From contig JAZDJQ010000019.1 in assembly GCA_043803765.1 (NCBI GenBank), positions 1 through 22,233 of the forward strand: a DNA stretch of 22,233 bases. The letters run 5' to 3'. The notes below the pieces were generated by a model. That model did no database searches. It had not been told where the DNA came from and saw only the letters and a program-made list of their open reading frames with translations. Of this stretch, positions 16,065 through 22,233 are shown piece by piece. How positions within the stretch are numbered: position 1 is the stretch's first letter; each line of letters begins with the position of its first letter. This DNA comes from Candidatus Iainarchaeum sp. (GTDB taxonomy: Archaea; Iainarchaeota; Iainarchaeia; Iainarchaeales; VGJJ01). Both the position numbers and the translations under genes were made by a program.

Positions 16065-16364
16065 ATGCGTGGTTTTGTTTTTACATTGGATATGGCGCTG
16101 GCCGCGGCAGGGGTTTTGTTATTGTTTCTTATCCTCATTCAGTCTATTTCCTATCCTGTTCCTTCTACTGCATTCGATCGTATTCGGGCAAAGGATGCTA
16201 CGATGAGTTGGTTTTACACTGGGATTCCAGTCATTCTTCCCACTCCATCGCCTGAACAATATGCATGCGATTTGGGTTTTCGTCCTCGCGTTTCTACGGA
16301 TTTACTTGACCCCAATGATGTTGACGATTGGATTATTCAAAATAATTGTGTGGAGGCTCCCTAA
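16065..16364 (+). CDS. Minor pilin-like protein, 99 aa
   Basis: Start re-assigned to ATG 16065 (SD GGAGGT). MRG/FVFTLDMALAA. Confidence 0.8.
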   Translation: MRGFVFTLDMALAAAGVLLLFLILIQSISYPVPSTAFDRIRAKDATMSWFYTGIPVILPTPSPEQYACDLGFRPRVSTDLLDPNDVDDWIIQNNCVEAP

Positions 16365-16903
16365 TGCGTGGTTTTTTTTCAGCATTGGTTGCCTTGTTGG
16401 GAATTCTTCTCCTTATTTCTCTTTTTTATACACAGTCCGCGAGGAATGATTCCTATTCTCATGCCGAGGAATCATTAGTGGTGCAGCAGCTTGTGTATCG
16501 TGATTGGTTTTTATCGCGTAATGCGTATGTTAATTTTGCTTCGGATGCGATATTTGAGCAAGTAGCAGATGAGGTAAGTTATCCTTCTTGTAATTTCACG
16601 AACGATGATTTTACTAATGTTGTAAATCAGTATTGGTCGGATGTGTATTCGCACATGAAGGCTCATTTTGGGGTAGATTGTTATGCTACTCTTCCTGTTG
16701 GTATCATTGTTAAGGACGACATTCCTGTTGAAGCTACTCTCACGTGCTATCGAAAAATAGGGGAAGTGGATATGAATATTACGCACCCTTTCATTTTTCG
16801 AAAAGATGTGGAAGTAGTTGATGTCTTAGGCACATGCAAAACAACCATTTTTGACACACACGGAATTGCCAGTGGAATCGTCGAAGATGTAAAGAATAGC
16901 TAA
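16364..16903 (+). CDS. Minor pilin-like protein
   Basis: Start re-assigned to ATG 16364 (TAATG overlap, SD GGAGG). MRG/FFSALVALLG; 4 Cys in the mature region. Confidence 0.7.
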   Translation: MRGFFSALVALLGILLLISLFYTQSARNDSYSHAEESLVVQQLVYRDWFLSRNAYVNFASDAIFEQVADEVSYPSCNFTNDDFTNVVNQYWSDVYSHMKAHFGVDCYATLPVGIIVKDDIPVEATLTCYRKIGEVDMNITHPFIFRKDVEVVDVLGTCKTTIFDTHGIASGIVEDVKNS

Positions 16904-17691
16904 TGCACCGTCTGCAAGCGCTTGGCGGTTCCGCTTCCGTACTGCATGGCTTTCTTTTTTTCTTGGACGATTTCAAGGGGAACGCCCATTTTTTCCCCAA
17001 GCATGCGTAATACGTTTTTTCGTAGTTTTCCATATTTTCCTTTTAAGTTTTCATGCGCAGGAAAGCTCATCGCTTCGCCTGCAAAATCCTCATCAAGGTA
17101 GGGGGCAATTAGTTGTATGCCGTATTCCTTTCCGCACATTACCTCTCTTTTAACGTCATGCTCTTCTATTTTTTCTATTTTTTCTTTTCGTAATCGTTCG
17201 CACGCATCGGAACTATTTCGGCATGTATCAAATAGGGCATATCCGCAAAATAATTCATCTGCTCCCGACCCGACAAATAATTTTTTTATTTTTTCTTTTT
17301 TTGCCAATTGGGCAATTGAAAGGTTTAGTGCTCCTAGTGTTTGTTGTAGGTGGTCTTTCGTTTGGAGTATTTTTCCTGCTCGTGCATAGTTTTTTTCTAT
17401 TTCTTTTTGTGTGAGTTCCTTTTTCACCCATTTCATTTTCCATTTTTTTGCCCATTTTTCTGCTCGCAGTATATCGGGGCTTCTCGGGAATCCTACTGTT
17501 AGGAATATACAGTCTTTTCTTTTTTTGCTGAGCATGAATCCAAGAATGCCCGAATCAAGTCCTCCTGAAAACGCAATGCCTATTTTTTCTTTGATTGAGC
17601 TGTTTCTTTGAATCGCATGAGTGAGTTTTTTCTCTAGCAGGGCGTATGATATTTTTTTTTCTTTTTTCATTCTTCTTAATTGGGTTGCCAT
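16900..17691 (-). CDS. Asparagine synthetase B C-terminal (PP-loop ATP pyrophosphatase) domain-only protein
   Basis: IAFSGGLDS, GSGADELFCGY, APYLD and KKKAMQYGSG motifs; no N-terminal Ntn glutaminase domain. ATG 17691 preferred over TTG 17697. Confidence 0.85.
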   Translation of the reverse strand: MATQLRRMKKEKKISYALLEKKLTHAIQRNSSIKEKIGIAFSGGLDSGILGFMLSKKRKDCIFLTVGFPRSPDILRAEKWAKKWKMKWVKKELTQKEIEKNYARAGKILQTKDHLQQTLGALNLSIAQLAKKEKIKKLFVGSGADELFCGYALFDTCRNSSDACERLRKEKIEKIEEHDVKREVMCGKEYGIQLIAPYLDEDFAGEAMSFPAHENLKGKYGKLRKNVLRMLGEKMGVPLEIVQEKKKAMQYGSGTAKRLQTVH

Positions 17692-17745
17692 TCCCAACTT
17701 TAATCTACTATTCCTTTAATGTCTTATGGATTCTCCTTCCTTGTG

Positions 17746-17760
17746 GTTTGGAATCCAAAC
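17746..17760. promoter_or_regulatory. Perfect 15-bp palindrome, candidate Lrp operator
   Basis: GTTTGGA-A-TCCAAAC abutting the TATA-like TATTTTATAC (17761-17770) of the Lrp gene. Confidence 0.6.
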
Positions 17761-17784
17761 TATTTTATACGTTGTGCGTGTTGA

Positions 17785-18261
17785 ATGGGTATGGTTGCTC
17801 TGGATAAGGTGGATTTGCTCGTTCTTCGTCGTTTGTTAGAAGATGGCCGTGCGTCTTTTTCTCAATTAGCTAGGGAAACCATGTTAACGGACGTTGCAAT
17901 CAAGAAGCGTTTTGACCGGTTGAAGCGGCAGGGAATTATTCAATCTATTTCGGCAGAGCTTAATTTGGATGTGTTAGGTTATTCGAAACCTGTTTTTGTT
18001 TTGTTGAAGACAGAGCCCGGTAAGAATAAGCAGATTGTAAAACGTCTTCATGATTTGGAAAATGTAGTGGAATACCATGAGATTATGGGCGAGTATGCGT
18101 TCATGCTCAAGATGATTGCCCCCGATTCGATGCATGTGAAGCGTTTTCTTGAGGAATTAGGTCATATTGATGGAATTCGTGCCATACATTCTCTTCCCGT
18201 ATTATCGGAGGTTCGTAAAACCGATGCGCTTCCTCCTACTCCTTTACAGAAACGATTTTAG
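17785..18261 (+). CDS. Lrp/AsnC family transcriptional regulator
   Basis: LDKVDLLVLRRLLEDGRASFSQLA HTH, RLKRQGII, and RAM domain EIMGEYAFMLK. Confidence 0.93.
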   Translation: MGMVALDKVDLLVLRRLLEDGRASFSQLARETMLTDVAIKKRFDRLKRQGIIQSISAELNLDVLGYSKPVFVLLKTEPGKNKQIVKRLHDLENVVEYHEIMGEYAFMLKMIAPDSMHVKRFLEELGHIDGIRAIHSLPVLSEVRKTDALPPTPLQKRF

Positions 18262-18270
18262 TTTTTTTTT
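18262..18270 (+). terminator. Archaeal oligo-T terminator candidate
   Basis: Nine T immediately after the Lrp stop codon, before the topA TATA-like element TTATATTAAAC (18275-18285). Confidence 0.45.
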
Positions 18271-18308
18271 ACCATTATATTAAACAAGTTTCCTAATCTG
18301 GTGCATGT

Positions 18309-20462
18309 ATGCTTCTCATTATTGCGGAAAAAAATCTGGCCGGGGAAAGGATTGCTTCTATTTTGGGCGGGAAAACAACTAAAGCGCATGCGCAGGGTTT
18401 TGCAAAGTATTATTCTTTTATGCGCCGCGACCAGCCCGCTACTGTTCTTCCATTGCGCGGCCATATTGTAGAGGTCGATTTTCCCGTTAAGTATTCCCAT
18501 TGGAGAGGTACGGATTTGCAGGAGTTGGTGCGTGCTCCTATTCGATACAATCCAAGCGAACCGGCTATTGCTCGTTTGTTGAGGGATTTTGGGAAGCAGG
18601 CAACGAAGGTAATCATTGCGACGGATGCAGATAGGGAAGGGGAAAGCATTGGGGTGGAAGCACTGCGCATTGTTCAGGAGACGAATGCATCGGTTCAAGT
18701 TGAGCGTGCTTATTTTTCCGCTATGACTCCTAAAGAGTTAAACCAAAGTTTTGATGAGCTTGTAAAAGTGGATTATCCTCTTGCGGATTCGGCCGATTCA
18801 CGAAGGGAAATTGATTTGATTTGGGGTGCAGCCCTCACTCGCTATGTGTCTCTTACTGCTAATCGTATGGGAAAGGAATTCATTTCCATTGGGCGTGTTC
18901 AAACTCCTGTGTTAGCGTTAATTGTGAATCGTGAGAAGGAACGTCTTGCTTTTGTTGTGCGTCCGTATTGGGAAATAAAAGCCGTGTGTGAAATGGATAA
19001 AATTGCGTTTGAGGCACAGCATAAAGAAGGAAAGTTTTGGGAAGAAGCAAAAGCGAAGTCTATTTTTGAAAAGATTAAAGGGGAAAAAACTGCCATTGTT
19101 ACACGTGTTTCATCACGTGAACGGACGATTGCGCGTCCTACTCCATTTGATACGACGCAGTTTCTTCGTTCTGCTACCGTATTGGGATTAACCGCAGGCC
19201 AAGCGATGAACATAGCAGAATCATTGTATATGTCGGGCTACATTTCGTATCCCCGTACGGATAATACGGTATATCCTCCTGCGTTAAATGTACGAGAGCA
19301 TTTGGAGGAGATGGGTAATCATCCTCCTTATTCCAAGTTTGTGAAGGACATTCTTTCTAAACCGCTTAATCCTTCTCGTGGGAAGAAAAACACGACCGAC
19401 CATCCTCCTATTCATCCTACTAAGATTCCTCCTGCTAATATTGGGGATAGAGAACGCAAAGTTTTCGACCTGATTGCACGTCGTTTTTTGGCAACGTTTA
19501 TGGAAGACGCTCTTACGTTGAATGTTTCGGTTGACCTTGATATTGGTAAAGAACCTTTTACTGCTACGGGGCAAACGATTCTGGTTCCAGGGTGGAAAGC
19601 AGTATACCCATATTCTGTTTTGAAAGAGATTGTCCTTCCTGCTTTGAAAAAAAATGATCGTGTAGATGTAAAGAAAATGGACCTTCTCAAGAAAGAAACG
19701 ATGCCTCCTGCTCGGTATTCTCAGTCTTCTCTTATCAAACTTATGGAGGAATTGAATCTTGGCACAAAATCGACTCGTCATGAAATTATTCAAAAATTGT
19801 ATTCAAGAAAATATATTTCCGGTCTTAAGAATATTGAGCCCAATCAGATTGCGTTTGCTGTGATTGATGCGTTTGAAAAATATTGTCGTATTGTCACTGA
19901 ACCAAAAATGACAGCGGAATTAGAAAAAGAAATGGATGATGTGGCGGCGGGGAAAAAGGGAAAAAGTGTAGTAGTAGAGGATTCTCGAACCATGTTGCAG
20001 GGAGTGTTGTCTCAATTATTAGAAAACAAATTGTCTATTGCAGGAGAACTGCGTAAAGCTCTTTCCACGCAAGAAATTCTTGCGTTGTGTCCAAAGGATG
20101 GGGGAAATATGATTATTCGAAAGGCGGGGGCGACGGGAAAACGTTTCTTGGGCTGTTCAAACTACCCGAATTGTACCGCCACTTTTTCTCTTCCTCAAAA
20201 AGGATTACTTTCTAGAATAAACACGCTCTGCTCGAAGTGTCAATCTCCTATGATAAAGCTAACCGGGACTCGCTTCAAGATGGACATCTGTCTTAACTAT
20301 AATTGTCCTTCTAAGGATGATTGGAAAAAGAAGATGGCAGGAGCGAATGGGATGCCTTCCTCTTCTGCTTCTTTTCCTCCTCCTTCTCCTCCTTCTGTGC
20401 CCCCAAAACCCTTTTCTTTATCCAAACCTTCTAAAAGACGCACAACGAAGAAACTATCATGA
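18309..20462 (+). CDS. topA: DNA topoisomerase IA (archaeal TopA)
   Basis: IIAEK, DADREGE, GRVQTP, catalytic ISYPRTD, LGTKSTR and C-terminal zinc ribbons. Confidence 0.97.
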   Translation: MLLIIAEKNLAGERIASILGGKTTKAHAQGFAKYYSFMRRDQPATVLPLRGHIVEVDFPVKYSHWRGTDLQELVRAPIRYNPSEPAIARLLRDFGKQATKVIIATDADREGESIGVEALRIVQETNASVQVERAYFSAMTPKELNQSFDELVKVDYPLADSADSRREIDLIWGAALTRYVSLTANRMGKEFISIGRVQTPVLALIVNREKERLAFVVRPYWEIKAVCEMDKIAFEAQHKEGKFWEEAKAKSIFEKIKGEKTAIVTRVSSRERTIARPTPFDTTQFLRSATVLGLTAGQAMNIAESLYMSGYISYPRTDNTVYPPALNVREHLEEMGNHPPYSKFVKDILSKPLNPSRGKKNTTDHPPIHPTKIPPANIGDRERKVFDLIARRFLATFMEDALTLNVSVDLDIGKEPFTATGQTILVPGWKAVYPYSVLKEIVLPALKKNDRVDVKKMDLLKKETMPPARYSQSSLIKLMEELNLGTKSTRHEIIQKLYSRKYISGLKNIEPNQIAFAVIDAFEKYCRIVTEPKMTAELEKEMDDVAAGKKGKSVVVEDSRTMLQGVLSQLLENKLSIAGELRKALSTQEILALCPKDGGNMIIRKAGATGKRFLGCSNYPNCTATFSLPQKGLLSRINTLCSKCQSPMIKLTGTRFKMDICLNYNCPSKDDWKKKMAGANGMPSSSASFPPPSPPSVPPKPFSLSKPSKRRTTKKLS

Positions 20463-21265
20463 GGATTATACTCGACTTGTCTAAGGGTGCCCAGCAGAAT
20501 GCCCAGCATTATTTTGATGAATCTAAAAAGTTTCGTGCGAAAGCAAAAGGGGTGGATATTGGTTTAGCGTTAGTCCAGTCCAAACTTGAGGCATTGCAAA
20601 AGCAGGTGGAGAAAGAAAAAGTTCTTCCTCCTGCTAAAAAGCGTAGTAAAGAATGGTTTGAGAAATTCCGTTGGTGTTTTACTCGAAATGGTTTTCTTGT
20701 GATTGGCGGGAGAGATGCTCATTCGAATGAGGCAGTGGTTAAGCATCATCTTGAGGAAAAAGATGCTTATTTTCATGCGGATATTCCAGGGGCGCCTCAT
20801 TGTGTGTTAAAATTAGGAGATAAAGTTCCTTCTGATGGTGATTTGGATGATGCGGCGGCGTTTGCTGGATTGTTTTCTTCTGTTTGGAAGAAAGGATTTT
20901 TTTCTGTTCGCGTATACCAGGTGTCCAAATCCCAGGTAAGCAAGAAAGCTCCTTCCGGTGAAAGTTTGGGTCGTGGTGCTTTTATGATTTATGGGGAACG
21001 GAAATGGTTTGATCCTCGTTTGATGATGGGCATTGGTATACAGCCAGTAAAGGATGGTTTTCGTGTGATGTGCGGTCCATTGAATTGTGTGAAGACGCAT
21101 GCACAGCATGTTGTTGAGATTCTTCCCGGTTCCCATTCGAAATCCGATGTTGGAAAATCCTATTCTAAATTTCTTCTTTCGCGCAAAATTCCTATTTCAA
21201 TTTTTTTAGATGATGTGGTTGCGTCTCTTCCAACTGGAGAGTTTGGGATGAAAATTCCTTCTTGA
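20459..21265 (+). CDS. NFACT RNA-binding domain protein (C-terminal part of Rqc2/NEMF)
   Basis: WFEKFRW, IGGRDAHSNE, FHADIPGAP and VSKKAPSGESLGRGAFMIYG motifs; ATGA overlap with topA; lacks the NFACT-N and HhH domains. Confidence 0.9.
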   Translation: MRIILDLSKGAQQNAQHYFDESKKFRAKAKGVDIGLALVQSKLEALQKQVEKEKVLPPAKKRSKEWFEKFRWCFTRNGFLVIGGRDAHSNEAVVKHHLEEKDAYFHADIPGAPHCVLKLGDKVPSDGDLDDAAAFAGLFSSVWKKGFFSVRVYQVSKSQVSKKAPSGESLGRGAFMIYGERKWFDPRLMMGIGIQPVKDGFRVMCGPLNCVKTHAQHVVEILPGSHSKSDVGKSYSKFLLSRKIPISIFLDDVVASLPTGEFGMKIPS

Positions 21266-21322
21266 GTATGTAGCGCACCCTTTCTCAAGGGATTAAAAAG
21301 GCCTTAGGATGCAAAATGGTAT

Positions 21323-22233
21323 ATGTCCAATTTTCCTAATCCTTTGGCGAACGCTCCTCCTCTTCCGGATAAACATAGCATCACGTTGAAGGTGCAGGAG
21401 CCTTCTCCTACGCATGTGGGTAGGAATATTGTGACACTGGATAGGAAGTCCAAACAATTATTGGGAATAACCTCGGGCGACATTGTTGAAATTGAAGGGT
21501 CGAAGAAAACCGCTGCGATTGTTTGGCCTGCTCGTACGGAAGATGAGGGAAAAGATGTAATTCGTATGGATAATTTGATTCGTCATAATGCTGGAGTGAA
21601 TTTGGGGGAAAAAGTAATGGTGCGCCCCGCTCAATTCAAGGAAGCGCAAAAGGTGGTGTTGGCTCCTACTCAGGATGTTCATATTATTGCTTCGGGGTAT
21701 GAGCGTATTCTTAAGAAAACGTTTATTGGCCGGCCCCTTACGCGCGGGGATAATGTGTGGATTACTGTTTTTGGTTCGGGTTTCATTTACCGTGTGGTTG
21801 AAACGAATCCTCGTGGTATTGTGAAAATTACTGATTTTACTCAATTTGTTTTGAAGGATGAGCCCATTAAGGGAGAATTGGAAGGCGTTCCTCGCATTGC
21901 GTATGAGGATGTGGGTGGATTAGGAAATCAAATACAGAAAGTGAGGGAGATGATTGAGCTTCCCATGCGTCATCCTGAATTATTTCGCAAGCTTGGAATC
22001 GAGCCTCCTAAAGGAGTGTTATTGCACGGCCCCCCCGGTACGGGAAAAACACTTCTTGCAAAAGCAGTTGCGAATGAGACGCAGGCGCATTTTATTTCAG
22101 TTTCTGCTCCTTCAATAATGAGTAAATTTGTTGGGGAGGCCGAAGAGCGTGTGCGTCAAATTTTCAAAGAAGGAGAGGAAAATGCTCCAAGTATTTTGTT
22201 TTTTGATGAGATTGATGCGATTGCTCCTAAGCG
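21323..22233 (+). CDS. cdc48: CDC48/VCP (VAT) AAA+ ATPase, running off the window (absent from the ORF track)
   Basis: Read by hand: GDIVEIEG...IRMDNLIRHNAGV N-domain, YEDVGGL, REMIELPMRHPELF, Walker A GPPGTGKT and Walker B FFDEIDAIAPK. TTAAAAAG about 23 nt upstream. Confidence 0.97.
   Translation, partial: MSNFPNPLANAPPLPDKHSITLKVQEPSPTHVGRNIVTLDRKSKQLLGITSGDIVEIEGSKKTAAIVWPARTEDEGKDVIRMDNLIRHNAGVNLGEKVMVRPAQFKEAQKVVLAPTQDVHIIASGYERILKKTFIGRPLTRGDNVWITVFGSGFIYRVVETNPRGIVKITDFTQFVLKDEPIKGELEGVPRIAYEDVGGLGNQIQKVREMIELPMRHPELFRKLGIEPPKGVLLHGPPGTGKTLLAKAVANETQAHFISVSAPSIMSKFVGEAEERVRQIFKEGEENAPSILFFDEIDAIAPK

Noticed and set aside
5188-16903. Archaellum or conjugative type IV secretion interpretation
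   Set aside because: No archaellins, ArlH, VirB4 or VirD4 are recognisable. Two F-domain proteins and Gln+1/Glu+5 pilins indicate a pilus.
19284-19793. 169-aa minus-strand ORF and other short antisense or alternate-frame ORFs in the track
   Set aside because: They lie within well-supported genes (topA, dnaG, the ATPase, the peptidase) and show no recognisable motifs.
1-22233. tRNA, rRNA or CRISPR array
   Set aside because: Intergenic gaps are short, and I saw no cloverleaf or regularly spaced repeats. A covariance-model scan was not possible.

Overview
Archaeal chromosomal window, probably from a DPANN-type lineage. The taxonomy is an inference from hjc, archaeal dnaG, topA, cdc48, TATA-box promoters, many near-leaderless genes and compact overlapping ORFs. 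The core is a ~11.7 kb type IV pilus locus (5188-16903) resembling EppA-dependent (Epd) pili. It holds a KlbA/VirB11-type assembly ATPase interrupted by a 461-aa LAGLIDADG intein, two TadB/TadC-like platform proteins, three 55-57 aa micro-pilins, an A24 prepilin peptidase and six larger pilin-like proteins. A three-gene block sits inside the pilin run: a membrane-anchored OB-fold protein, a TctA-like permease and a JAMM protease. This block makes the locus a candidate archaeal DNA-uptake system. The intein occupies the classic KlbA site but starts with Cys rather than Ala, and it carries an extra XRE-like HTH. The flanks contain a probable IS5-family left end truncating a secreted Cys-rich gene, hjc, DUF167-dnaG, an AsnB synthetase-domain-only gene divergent from an Lrp/AsnC regulator with a perfect 15-bp palindrome, topA, an N-terminally truncated Rqc2/NFACT gene and the start of cdc48. 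Four ORFs absent from the supplied track were read by hand (1-69, 2025-2186, 10948-11121, 21323-end), and several starts were re-assigned. All family calls come from motif recognition, not from database searches.
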